A stretch of DNA of 64,000 nucleotides, from the NCBI GenBank assembly GCA_001767525.1, contig MELF01000023.1, positions 4,682 to 68,681 of the forward strand, in the 5' to 3' direction. This stretch comes from Acidobacteria bacterium RIFCSPLOWO2_12_FULL_68_19. Its GTDB lineage: Bacteria > Acidobacteriota > Vicinamibacteria > Vicinamibacterales > UBA2999. The first letter of the stretch is position 1, and each line of letters starts with the position of its first letter. Of the stretch, positions 52,870 through 61,746 are shown in pieces. A program made the translations under genes and the position numbers. The notes below the pieces were generated by a model, which worked only from the letters and a program-made list of their open reading frames with translations, was not told the DNA's origin and did no database searches.

Positions 52870-53903
52870 CTGCGCAGGTCGAAGAACCGTTCCACGTTCG
52901 TCGTGAAGATCGCCTGCTGCTCGGCCTCCGAACACGACGAGTTCCTGACCGAATCGATGCTGGCCTGGATCGACCAGTAGCCGCCGGTCGCGTCAAACGG
53001 CGCGTCGCTGCCGAAGAGCAGGCGGCCGGCGCCGAGGAAGTCGCGGGCCACGTTGACGGCGCCCGCCGAGAACGCGCCGATGTCGCCGTAGAACCGGCGG
53101 AAGTAGTCGAGCGGCGGGCGCGTCAGCCGGCCGCCGGTCTCGACCTTCAGCTCCTCGGCGAACATCTCGAACATCGACTGCATGCGGCCGTGGAAGAACG
53201 GCACCATGGCAACGGTGTGGTGCACGAGGATCTCGAGCTCGGGATGGTCCTGCATGATCCCGCCGAAGACGAGCCGCATCATCGCCGCCGTGCTCTCGTA
53301 CGGCCAGCCGAACACCTGCCAGACGAGGTATTTCGAGTCGCCCTCGGCGGTGTAGTCCGCGTGGTCCCGCCCGCGAGCCGGATGCAGCAGGATCGGCACG
53401 CGCCGCTCGGCGAGCGTCCTGAACACGGCGCGGAACTCCGGCGCGTCGAGCGGACGGCCGTTCACGTTCGAGTAGATCTGCACCGCGCAGAGCCCGAGCT
53501 GCCCGGTGGCCCGCTCGATCTCGCGGCAGGCGAGATCGGGTTCGTTCATCGGCACGGCCGCGGCGGCGCCGGCGAAGCGGTCAGGGTACTTCGCCACGAG
53601 CCCGGCGAGCTCGTCGTTGGCGATGGTGGCGAGCTCCACGCTCGCCGCGGGTGCGATGCGTTCAGGTGGCGGACCGGCCAGGCTGATGACCTGCCGGTAC
53701 CCCTCGAAGCGGTCCATCATGCGGAACCGCGCGTCGAGGCTCGTCAGTCCTTCGTAATTGGGCGCTTTGCGCCCGGTGCGGACGTATTGCAGGTGCGCGG
53801 GGCTGCCGGCGGCGAAGTCGGCCGACCCGGCCCGCGCCCAGCGGGTTTCTTCGTATTTCGGCGGAATGATGTGGCAGAAGGCGTCAATCACGCGGCCGAT
53901 CAT
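52866..53903 (-). CDS. amidohydrolase_2 (ACMSD-like) family protein
   Basis: VIDAFCHIIPPKY start, VPILLHP, HHTVAMVPF, and FGSDAPFD end motif. Confidence 0.85.
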   Translation of the reverse strand: MIGRVIDAFCHIIPPKYEETRWARAGSADFAAGSPAHLQYVRTGRKAPNYEGLTSLDARFRMMDRFEGYRQVISLAGPPPERIAPAASVELATIANDELAGLVAKYPDRFAGAAAAVPMNEPDLACREIERATGQLGLCAVQIYSNVNGRPLDAPEFRAVFRTLAERRVPILLHPARGRDHADYTAEGDSKYLVWQVFGWPYESTAAMMRLVFGGIMQDHPELEILVHHTVAMVPFFHGRMQSMFEMFAEELKVETGGRLTRPPLDYFRRFYGDIGAFSAGAVNVARDFLGAGRLLFGSDAPFDATGGYWSIQASIDSVRNSSCSEAEQQAIFTTNVERFFDLRR

Positions 53904-53938
53904 ATACTTAGCGCCGGCTCGCAGGTGGGAGGTGTGTG

Positions 53939-54036
53939 GCCGGTAGTGGGGAGCCGCGGGCTCCCGCTACCGGCTGCAGCTACCGGCGCCACCCCCTACC
54001 GACTACCAGCTGCTACCAGCTGGCTGGCAGCTGGTC
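53939..54036. repeat. GGTAGC/GCTACC palindromic intergenic element, copy 4
   Basis: CCGGTAGTGGGGAGCCGCGGGCTCCCGCTACCGG hairpin, then GCAGCTACCGG...CTACCGACTACCAGCTGCTACCAGCTGG. Lies in a divergent intergenic spacer. Confidence 0.7.
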
Positions 54037-54049
54037 CAAGGAGGCCACC

Positions 54050-55063
54050 ATGTTCCGCACACGTCGCATCCGCGTGGCGCTCGGCGCCGTCCTGACGGCG
54101 TTCGCCCTCGCCGCCGGCGCCTGGGCGCAGGCCAATCCGTATCGGACCGTCGACAACTTCTTCAGGATGCCTGACGGGAGAAAGGTCGGATCGACCGCCG
54201 GCATCACGATCGACCGTGACGGCACGCACATCTGGGTGTTCGAACGCTGCGGCGGCAACTACTGCACCGAATCGGCGGTCGCGCCGATCCTGGAGTTCGA
54301 CCCATCGGGCACGGTCGTCCGGAGCTTCGGCGCGGGGATGTTCATCCGCCCGCACGGCATCCACATCGATCGCGACGGCAACGTCTGGGTGAGCGACGGC
54401 GAAGGGCCCGACGGCAAGGATCCCAAGCGGAACGGCAAGGGCCACCAGGTGTTCAAGTTCAGCCCGGAGGGAAGACTCCTGATGACGCTCGGCAAGGCGG
54501 GCGTCGCCGGCAGCGGGCCCGACACGTTCAACATGCCGTCGGCCATTCTGGTCGCGCCGAGCGGAGACCTCTTCATCGGCGACGGCCACGGAGGCAACTC
54601 GAACGCGCGCATCGTGAAGTTCTCGAAGGACGGACGGTTCATCAAGTCGTGGGGCAAGAAGGGAACCGCCCCGGGCGACTTCGAGACGCCGCACGCGCTC
54701 GCCATAGATTCGCGCGGCCGCCTCTTTGTCGGCGACCGCGGCAACAACCGTGTCCAGATCTTCGACCAGGACGGAAAGTTCCTCGAGGAATGGACGCAGT
54801 TCGGCCGGCCGAGCGGCGTGTTCATCGACCGCAACGACACGCTGTACGTCGCCGATCACCAGTCGGACGAGAAGACCAATCCGGGGTTCACCAAGGGGAT
54901 CCGGATCGGCAGCGTCCGCGACGGCAGGGTCACGGCCTTCGTCCCCGACCCCGATCCGAACGGGTCTCAGGAGGGGGTCGCCGTTGACGCCCAGGGCAAC
55001 ATCTACGGGTCGCTGACCGGCGGGATGGCGCTGAAGAAATACGTCAGGAGCGGCACGAACTGA
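54050..55063 (+). CDS. NHL-repeat beta-propeller protein (peptidyl-alpha-hydroxyglycine lyase-like)
   Basis: ATG 54050 with AAGGAGG upstream. Signal peptide. Repeats PHGIHIDRDGNVWVSD, PSAILVAPSGDLFIGD, PHALAIDSRGRLFVGDRGNNRVQIF, PSGVFIDRNDTLYVAD. The track extension to 53936 translates the repeat element. Confidence 0.8.
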   Translation: MFRTRRIRVALGAVLTAFALAAGAWAQANPYRTVDNFFRMPDGRKVGSTAGITIDRDGTHIWVFERCGGNYCTESAVAPILEFDPSGTVVRSFGAGMFIRPHGIHIDRDGNVWVSDGEGPDGKDPKRNGKGHQVFKFSPEGRLLMTLGKAGVAGSGPDTFNMPSAILVAPSGDLFIGDGHGGNSNARIVKFSKDGRFIKSWGKKGTAPGDFETPHALAIDSRGRLFVGDRGNNRVQIFDQDGKFLEEWTQFGRPSGVFIDRNDTLYVADHQSDEKTNPGFTKGIRIGSVRDGRVTAFVPDPDPNGSQEGVAVDAQGNIYGSLTGGMALKKYVRSGTN

Positions 55064-55069
55064 GGCCGC

Positions 55070-55504
55070 CTACCGCACCTCGGCGCCGAGGCGCTCGAAG
55101 AAGCGGTCCATCAGCATGCGGGCCGTGGCGTCGAGCAGCCTCGAGCCAACCGCCGACACCACGCCGCCGACCTGGCCGTCGGCATCGCAGATTGCCACAG
55201 TGCCGGCCCCGGCCGCGGTCAACTGAATCCGCGCGCTGCCCCGCACGAAGCCGGGCGCGCCTTTCCCCTCGACATGCAGTGTGAAGCGATCCGGCGGCTG
55301 CTGATCGGTCAGCCGCACCGTGCCGACATAGGCGCCCTTGACCGTCCCGATGCCGAGCCGCAGGTGCACGTCGTACTGGTCGTCGGCGGTCCGGACGAGG
55401 CGCTCGGCGCCCTCGATGCACCGCTGGAGCACGTCTGGATCGACCAGCGCCGCGAAGACCCGTGCCGGCGGCGCGGCGAGACGGTAGGTCCCGGTGAGCT
55501 TCAC
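55070..55504 (-). CDS. CoxG-like SRPBCC protein
   Basis: GTG 55504 (GTGA overlap with the upstream gene). KLTGTYRLAAPPARVFAALVDPDVLQRCIEGAERL...VGSRLLDATARMLMDRFFERL. Confidence 0.8.
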   Translation of the reverse strand: MKLTGTYRLAAPPARVFAALVDPDVLQRCIEGAERLVRTADDQYDVHLRLGIGTVKGAYVGTVRLTDQQPPDRFTLHVEGKGAPGFVRGSARIQLTAAGAGTVAICDADGQVGGVVSAVGSRLLDATARMLMDRFFERLGAEVR

Positions 55505-56340
55505 CTCGACGCGGCGCGCTGGAGCGCCCGCGCGGTGTTGACCCGCGCGAGGTGCGCCCGGTAGTCGGCCGACGCGTGGATGTCGGCCAGCGGGGTCACG
55601 CCCGCGGCCGCCTGTCCGGCGGCCGCCGCAAGACTTCCCTCGGCCAGTGCCTGTCCTTCCAGCGCCCTTTCGACGGCCGCCGCGCGGTACGGCACCGGCG
55701 CGACGCCGGTGATGCCGACGCGGACGCGCCTGGCTGTCGCGTCGACGACCGCCGCGACGCCGCAGAGCGCGAAGCCGCTCGCCTTCTGCTCCGTCTTCAC
55801 GTAGGCCGAGGCGGCCGCCGCCGTCACGCGAATCTCGCACAGGATCTCGCCCGGCTTCACCGCGGTCTCGAGGATGCCGGTGAAGAACGCGCCCGCCGTG
55901 ACCGTCCGGCGCCCCTGCGGGCCGGCGATCTCGATCTCCGCGTCGAGCGCGAGGATCGCCGCCGGCCAGTCGCCGGCCGGGTCCGCGTGCACGAGGCTGC
56001 CGCCGATCGTCCCCTTGTTGCGCACCTGCAGATCGCCGATGGCCGAGGCGACCTCGACGAGCAGCGGGCAGAGGTCGGCAAGCGTGCGGCTCGCGGCGAT
56101 CTCGGCATGCGTCACCATCGCGCCGATGGCGAGGCGGCCGTCGCGCGCCTCGATCTGCCGCAACCCGTCGAGGCGCCCGATGTCGACGACGAGTCTCGGC
56201 TGCGCCAGACGCAGCTTCATCGCCGGGATAAGGCTGTGTCCGCCGGCAAGGAGCCTCGCCTCGTCACCGTGCTTCGACAGCAGCGACAGCGCTTCGTCCA
56301 GCGTCTTCGGGCGGGCGTAATCGAACGGGGCGGCAAACAT
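55501..56340 (-). CDS. xanthine dehydrogenase-family FAD-binding medium subunit (CoxM-like)
   Basis: FDYARPKTLDEALSLLSKHGDEARLLAGGHSLIPAMKLRLAQP; 279 aa. Confidence 0.9.
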   Translation of the reverse strand: MFAAPFDYARPKTLDEALSLLSKHGDEARLLAGGHSLIPAMKLRLAQPRLVVDIGRLDGLRQIEARDGRLAIGAMVTHAEIAASRTLADLCPLLVEVASAIGDLQVRNKGTIGGSLVHADPAGDWPAAILALDAEIEIAGPQGRRTVTAGAFFTGILETAVKPGEILCEIRVTAAAASAYVKTEQKASGFALCGVAAVVDATARRVRVGITGVAPVPYRAAAVERALEGQALAEGSLAAAAGQAAAGVTPLADIHASADYRAHLARVNTARALQRAASR

Positions 56341-56395
56341 GATGTCTCCTCGCCGGGTCCGCGGCGGCCCGATCGAATCGGCCGCGGCACCCGGC

Positions 56396-58732
56396 CTACC
56401 TGCGGTTGATGGCGCGCCAGATCTTTTCCGGCGTGAGCGGCATATCCAGGTGCTTGACGCCGAGCGGCCGCAGCGCGTCGATGACGGCGTTGGCGATGGC
56501 GGGCGTGGCGCCGATGGTCCCGGCTTCCCCGACGCCCTTCACACCCAGCGGATTCGCCGTCGTCGGCGTCACCGTGGCGCCCATCGCGTATTCCGGAATG
56601 TCCTCGGCCCGGGGCAGCGCGTAGTCGGTGAACTCGCCGGTGAGCAACTGGCCGTTCTCGTCGTAGACCGTCCGTTCGAAGAGCGCCTGGCCGATCGACT
56701 GCGCGATGCCGCCCTGCAGCTGCCCTTCGATGAGCAGCGGGTTCATCTGGTTGCCGCAGTCGTCCACCGCCACGTACTTGACGATCGTGACCTTGCCGGT
56801 CTCGCGGTCGAGATCGACGGCGCAGATGTGGGTGCCGAATGGAAACGTGAAGTTCTCCGGCTCGAAGAAGGCCGACGCCTCCAGGCCCGGCTCGAACCCC
56901 GCCGGGAGGTTCTTCGCGACGTACGCCTCCGCGGCCAGATCGGTCCACCCGAGATCCCTGCCGGCGCCGCCCTTCAGAGAGAAGCGCCCCTCCTGGAACT
57001 CGACCTGCTCGGGCCTGGCGCCGAGCAGATGCGCCGCCAGGCGCTTCGCCTTGTCGACGACGCGATCGATGCACATTACGAGCGCCCCGCCGCCGACCGC
57101 CGTGGCGCGGCTGCCGTAGGTGTCGCGCCCGTAGTGGGCGATGCTCGTGTCGCCGTGCAGCACGACGATGTCGTCGATGGGCACGCCGAGGCGGTCGGCC
57201 GCGATCTGCGCGAAGCTCGTCTCCTGTCCCTGGCCGTGGGGCGTCGCGCCGGTGATGACCGTCACCTTGGCGGACATCTCGATGCGCACGCAGCCCCACT
57301 CCCAGCCGCCGGCCATCATCGCCTTGGACGGGCCCATGCCGCAGATCTCGACATAGGTCGAGACGCCGATGCCGAACAGCCCGCCGTCGCGCCGGCGTGC
57401 CTCCCGCCGGCCGACGAGCTCGTCCCAGCGCGCCAGCTCCATGGCCTTGCGGAGCGCCGCGTCGTAGTCGCCGCTGTCATAGGTCAGGCCGGTCGCCGTA
57501 GGGAACGGGAACTCCTGCGGCTTCGGGAAATGCCGGCGCCGCAGCTCGATCGGGTCCTGTCCCGTCTCGCCGGCGACCAGGTCCATGAGCCGTTCGATCA
57601 GGTACGTCGCCTCGGGCCGGCCGGCGCCGCGGTAGGCGTCGGCGGCCATCTTGTGGGTGTAGACGCCGATGACGTCCATGCGGACGGCCGGAATCTTGTA
57701 GCTCCCGGTCAGCACGAGGCCGGTCAGCGTCGGGATGGCCGGCGTGAGCAGTTGGAGGTAGGAGCCGAGGTCGGCAATCGTGCGATTGCGGAGCCCGAGA
57801 ATCGTGCCGTCGTTGCTGACGGCCACTTCGTAGTCGCCGATCTGGTCGCGGCCGTGAATGGTCGCCGCCGCGTTCTCGCGCCGCCGCTCGATCCACTTGA
57901 CGGGCGCGCCGAGGCGCATCGCCAGGTACGAGCAGATCGCCTCCTCGACGTACAGATTGAGCTTCGATCCGAAGCCGCCGCCGACCTCGGGCGCCACGAC
58001 GCGGAGCTTGTTCTCGGCGATGCCGATCATGCCGGGAAGGAGCGTCCGCACGAGGTGCGGGATCTGCGTCGAGGTCCAGAGCGTGAGCGTGCCGCTGCCG
58101 CGGTCGAACGACGCCACGCAGCCGCGCGGCTCGATCGCCATCGGCGTGAGGCGCTGGTGGTACATCCGCTGCCGGACCACCCGGTCGGCGTTCTTGAACG
58201 CGGCGTCGATGTCGCCGCCCGCCAGGTGCCACGTGAACGCCACGTTGGTCCCGAGGTCCGGGTGCGTGAGCGGCGAGCCTTTCTCGAGCGCCTTCTCGGC
58301 ATCGACGACGACCGGCAGCGGCTCGTACTCGACCTGCACGGCTTCGGCCGCATCGACGGCCGCGTAGGGCGTTGCCGCCACGACGACGGCCACCGGGTGG
58401 CCGACGAAGTAGACGCGGTCGGAGGCGAGCACGGTATGCTTCGGCGCCTTCAAGTCGGGCATGCTGGCGGCGCACGGCACGGTGCCGCAGTGCGCGTTCA
58501 GGTCGGCGCCGCTGAAGACGCCGGCGACGCCGGCGAGCGCCCGGGCGGCCGCGCCGTCGACGCGGCGGACGCGCGCGTGGGCGTGGGGACTGCGGACGAC
58601 CACCGCATGGAGCATCCCGGGCAGCCGCAGGTCGTCGACATAGGTGGCCAGCCCCTTCAGCAGGCGCGGGTCCTCCACCCGTTTCATCGCCCTGCCGACG
58701 TAGCCGACCTTTTCTTTGACGATTGTGCTCAT
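56396..58732 (-). CDS. molybdopterin-binding large subunit, form II CoxL-like
   Basis: 778 aa aldehyde-oxidase/xanthine-dehydrogenase family. The active-site loop reads AYRGAGR (in KMAADAYRGAGRPEATY), the form II signature rather than the AYxCSFR of genuine CO dehydrogenases. Confidence 0.9.
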   Translation of the reverse strand: MSTIVKEKVGYVGRAMKRVEDPRLLKGLATYVDDLRLPGMLHAVVVRSPHAHARVRRVDGAAARALAGVAGVFSGADLNAHCGTVPCAASMPDLKAPKHTVLASDRVYFVGHPVAVVVAATPYAAVDAAEAVQVEYEPLPVVVDAEKALEKGSPLTHPDLGTNVAFTWHLAGGDIDAAFKNADRVVRQRMYHQRLTPMAIEPRGCVASFDRGSGTLTLWTSTQIPHLVRTLLPGMIGIAENKLRVVAPEVGGGFGSKLNLYVEEAICSYLAMRLGAPVKWIERRRENAAATIHGRDQIGDYEVAVSNDGTILGLRNRTIADLGSYLQLLTPAIPTLTGLVLTGSYKIPAVRMDVIGVYTHKMAADAYRGAGRPEATYLIERLMDLVAGETGQDPIELRRRHFPKPQEFPFPTATGLTYDSGDYDAALRKAMELARWDELVGRREARRRDGGLFGIGVSTYVEICGMGPSKAMMAGGWEWGCVRIEMSAKVTVITGATPHGQGQETSFAQIAADRLGVPIDDIVVLHGDTSIAHYGRDTYGSRATAVGGGALVMCIDRVVDKAKRLAAHLLGARPEQVEFQEGRFSLKGGAGRDLGWTDLAAEAYVAKNLPAGFEPGLEASAFFEPENFTFPFGTHICAVDLDRETGKVTIVKYVAVDDCGNQMNPLLIEGQLQGGIAQSIGQALFERTVYDENGQLLTGEFTDYALPRAEDIPEYAMGATVTPTTANPLGVKGVGEAGTIGATPAIANAVIDALRPLGVKHLDMPLTPEKIWRAINRR

Positions 58733-58739
58733 GACCGCC

Positions 58740-59210
58740 TCACCGTCTGGCGGCGGCGTGCTCCACCGCGTCGATGATGTGCGTATAACCGGTGCAGCGA
58801 CAGAGATTGCCCCTGAGCGCGTGGGCGATCTCCTCGCGCGTCGGCCGCTTTCGATCCGCCAGCAGCTGGACCGCGGTCATCACCATGCCGGGCGTGCAGT
58901 AGCCGCACTGCAGCGCGTGCCGTTCCCAGAAGCCTTCCTGGACCGGATGCAGATCGCCGTTCACGGCCAGGCCCTCGATCGTGGTGAGGGCGCAGCCGTC
59001 GGCCTGGACGGCGAACATCGTGCACGACTTCACCGCCTTGCCGTCGACGAGGACGGTACAGGCGCCGCAGAGGCTCGTCTCGCAGCCGACGTGCGTGCCC
59101 GTCAGCCCGCAGACCTCCCGCAGGTAGTGCACGAGCAGCAGCCGGGGCTCGACCTCGTGCGTGTGGAGCGTGCCGTTGATGGTGACGCGAATCTGGACCG
59201 GACTGGCCAT
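58740..59210 (-). CDS. (2Fe-2S)-binding small subunit (CoxS-like)
   Basis: GTHVGCETSLCGACTVLVDG and GYCTPGMVM...GNLCRCTGY cysteine clusters. Confidence 0.92.
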   Translation of the reverse strand: MASPVQIRVTINGTLHTHEVEPRLLLVHYLREVCGLTGTHVGCETSLCGACTVLVDGKAVKSCTMFAVQADGCALTTIEGLAVNGDLHPVQEGFWERHALQCGYCTPGMVMTAVQLLADRKRPTREEIAHALRGNLCRCTGYTHIIDAVEHAAARR

Positions 59211-59386
59211 GTGGACCCCCGCGGAAGAGGCGGTCTGACGCGAAGGTCGAGATGATTCGTCAATCGGGAGGCGTTGTCAACTGCTGCGGGATCAGCCGCC
59301 GGCGAGCGCGCCGACGAGTACGCGTACACCGCTCATGCACCCCTTTGTCGAGAGCCACTATCATACGGCTCGAGGATGACGCCGGG

Positions 59387-60673
59387 ATGACGGGTCCGCG
59401 GACCGGGATCGCGCCCCGGGTGAACAGACCGGCCCAGGTGCTCTTTGCCAGCCTGGTCGGCACCACGATCGAATTCTTCGATTTCTACATCTACGGCACG
59501 GCCGCGGTACTCGTCTTTCCAACCGAGTTCTTCCCGGCCTCGGACCCGGCGACGGCCAGGCTCGCCTCGCTCGCCACCTTCGGCATCGCGTTCCTCGCGC
59601 GGCCGCTGGGCTCGGCGCTGTTCGGCCACTTCGGCGACCGCGTCGGGCGCAAGACGACGCTCATTGCAGCGCTCCTGACGATGGGCGTCTCCACGGTGGC
59701 GATCGGAGCGCTGCCGACCTACGGCACGATCGGGCTGGCCGCCCCGGCGCTGCTCGCGCTCTGCCGCTTCGGGCAGGGGCTCGGGCTCGGCGGCGAATGG
59801 GGCGGCGCCGTCCTGCTGGCGATCGAGAACGCGCCGCCGGGCCGGCGCGCCTGGTACGGAATGTTTCCGCAGCTTGGGGCGCCGCTCGGCTTCTTCATGT
59901 CGACCACCATCTTCCTCGGGTTGTCGGGATGGCTCGACGACGGGCAGTTCCTGGCGTTCGGCTGGAGGATTCCGTTCCTGGCGAGCGCGGTGCTCGTGCT
60001 CGTCGGGTTGTACGTGCGGCTCACGATTACCGAGACCCCCATGTTCACCGCCGTCATCGAGCGACAGGAGCGCGTCCGCGTGCCGATGCTGGTGGTGCTC
60101 CGCCGCCATCCGGGCGCGGTCGTCAGAGGGACGCTCATCTCGCTCGCCACCTTCGTCGTCTTCTATCTGATGACCGTCTTCACGCTGTCGTGGGGGACGA
60201 GCGAGCTGGGGTTCACGCGCGAGCAGTTCCTGCGGATCCAGCTCGTCGGCGTCGTGTGCTTCGCCGTCATGATTCCGGTCTCGGCGACGCTGGCGGAACA
60301 GGGGCGGCGGCGGGTGCTCGTCGCCGCGACCATCGGCATCGGGCTGTTCGGGCTGGCGCTGGCGCCTGTGTTCTCGCTGGGAACCGCCGGCGCCGTGCTG
60401 ACGCTTGGAATCGGTCTCGGCCTGATGGGGTTCACCTACGGGCCGCTCGGCACCGTGCTGTCGGAGCTCTTCCCGACGGCGGTGCGCTACACCGGCAGCT
60501 CGATCGCGTTCAACCTGGCCGGCATCTTCGGCGCGTCGCTCGCGCCGTACGCGGCGACATGGCTCGCCGGCACCTACGGCCTCGAGTATGTGGGCTACTA
60601 TCTGACAGGCGCCGCCCTGCTGACGCTGGCGGGACTCCTCGCGACGGGCGAAACCAAGGATCGCCACCTATGA
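59387..60673 (+). CDS. MFS transporter, metabolite:H+ symporter (MHS) type
   Basis: Start at MTGPRTG (ATG 59387). IEFFDFYIYGTAAVLVFP and LARPLGSALFGHFGDRVGRK are characteristic of the ProP/ShiA-like MHS family. Confidence 0.88.
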   Translation: MTGPRTGIAPRVNRPAQVLFASLVGTTIEFFDFYIYGTAAVLVFPTEFFPASDPATARLASLATFGIAFLARPLGSALFGHFGDRVGRKTTLIAALLTMGVSTVAIGALPTYGTIGLAAPALLALCRFGQGLGLGGEWGGAVLLAIENAPPGRRAWYGMFPQLGAPLGFFMSTTIFLGLSGWLDDGQFLAFGWRIPFLASAVLVLVGLYVRLTITETPMFTAVIERQERVRVPMLVVLRRHPGAVVRGTLISLATFVVFYLMTVFTLSWGTSELGFTREQFLRIQLVGVVCFAVMIPVSATLAEQGRRRVLVAATIGIGLFGLALAPVFSLGTAGAVLTLGIGLGLMGFTYGPLGTVLSELFPTAVRYTGSSIAFNLAGIFGASLAPYAATWLAGTYGLEYVGYYLTGAALLTLAGLLATGETKDRHL

Positions 60674-61371
60674 GAACTGCCCTCTGCGCCGCATGTGTCG
60701 CTTTCCTCGTCTGTGCGCCCGCCGCGCTCGGCGCCCCTGGGCCCGCCGCGCAAACAGCGGAGCCAGCGCCCGGCGGCCTGCCGGCGATCATCCCGATCTT
60801 TCCGCTCGAGAGCGCAACGCTGTTTCCGAACGGGTCCGCTCCGCTGCACATCTTCGAGCCGCGCTACCGCGCGATGGTGGCCGACGCCTTGAAGGGCGAC
60901 CGCATCATCGGGATGGTGATGCTGCAGCCGGGCCACGAAGCGGACTATGAGGGACGGCCGCCGATCTTTCCGGTCGGCTGCGCCGGGCTCATCACCGACT
61001 ACGAGCAACTGCCCGACGGCCGGTACAACATCGTGCTCGGCGGGCTGGTGAAGTTTCGCGTCATCGGCGAGGACCAGAGCCGGCCGTACCGACTCGCGCG
61101 CATCACGACGATCCCCGAACCGCTCGACGACAAGCAGACGGCGGCGCTGGCCGAGCGGCGGAAGCGCCTCGAGGCGCTCGTCGATGCGCTGTCGGACAAG
61201 GTGGCCGTCGGACAGCCGCCGCCGGGGATGCAGGACGACACTCTCGTGGACCTCCTGTCGCAGTACGTGCCGATGGACCGGCTGGCGCGGCAGCGGCTGC
61301 TCGAGCTGGAGGACCCGCTCGCCCGCGCCGGCACGCTCATCGAATTGCTGGAGGGGATGGTGCCGAAGTAG
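60670..61371 (+). CDS. LON N-terminal substrate-binding-domain protein
   Basis: ATGA overlap with the upstream gene. IPIFPLESATLFPNGSAPLHIFEPRYRAMV...GCAGLITDYEQLPDGRYNIVLGGLVKFRV fits the Lon N-terminal (PUA-like) domain. Confidence 0.8.
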   Translation: MRTALCAACVAFLVCAPAALGAPGPAAQTAEPAPGGLPAIIPIFPLESATLFPNGSAPLHIFEPRYRAMVADALKGDRIIGMVMLQPGHEADYEGRPPIFPVGCAGLITDYEQLPDGRYNIVLGGLVKFRVIGEDQSRPYRLARITTIPEPLDDKQTAALAERRKRLEALVDALSDKVAVGQPPPGMQDDTLVDLLSQYVPMDRLARQRLLELEDPLARAGTLIELLEGMVPK

Positions 61372-61372
61372 C

Positions 61373-61392
61373 GCGCAGGCCTCAGCCTGCGC
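61373..61392 (+). terminator. GC hairpin after the Lon-N gene
   Basis: GCGCAGGC-ctca-GCCTGCGC, a perfect 8-bp stem starting 2 nt after the stop. No T-tract. Confidence 0.35.
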
Positions 61393-61393
61393 G

Positions 61394-61540
61394 AACAACG
61401 CCGATGAGGCGGTCATCGATCGAGCGAAGCTTCGAGACTGTCTGCTGTCGGCAGAGCATCCTCACGGACGCTTCAAGACGCGAGTCTTTGCCGCCCTTGG
61501 CTTTTCACCTGCCATTGCTCTTGTACTTCGCCGTCGCTGA
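61394..61540 (+). pseudogene. DUF6883-like fragment
   Basis: NNADEAVIDRAKLRDCLLSAEHPHGRFKTRVFAALGFSP resembles the DUF6883 N-terminus (..i...KL..YLL...HP.G..KA.fF..lGF, from memory). No start codon, and it terminates after about 48 codons. Confidence 0.4.
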
Positions 61541-61616
61541 ACCTCACGATCCCAACCTGGCAGATGCTTGCCAGGTCGGCGTTGGCCGTCTCTACGTCGA
61601 CCGCAGCAAAGGACAT
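61473..61616 (-). pseudogene. DnaQ-like 3-prime-5-prime exonuclease N-terminal fragment
   Basis: MSFAAVDVETANADLASICQVGIVRFSDGEVQEQW carries the Exo I motif (DxE). Homology ends after about 35 aa and a stop follows. A normal domain is about 170 aa. Confidence 0.5.
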
Positions 61617-61746
61617 GGACAATGCATTCTCTCGGTCTTGGCACCCAACCCGGCTCTCTGCCGTCAACGGCACCGATGAGCCGCGGCGGCCATTGACTGA
61701 CGCTTCGAATCGCCCGATGTTCACTCGGCCGCCGTCGGTGCGCATG

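Noticed and set aside
55070-59210. Calling the coxSLMG-like operon an aerobic carbon monoxide dehydrogenase.
   Set aside because: The large-subunit active-site loop is AYRGAGR (form II), not the AYxCSFR of proven CO dehydrogenases. Substrate assignment would be unsupported.
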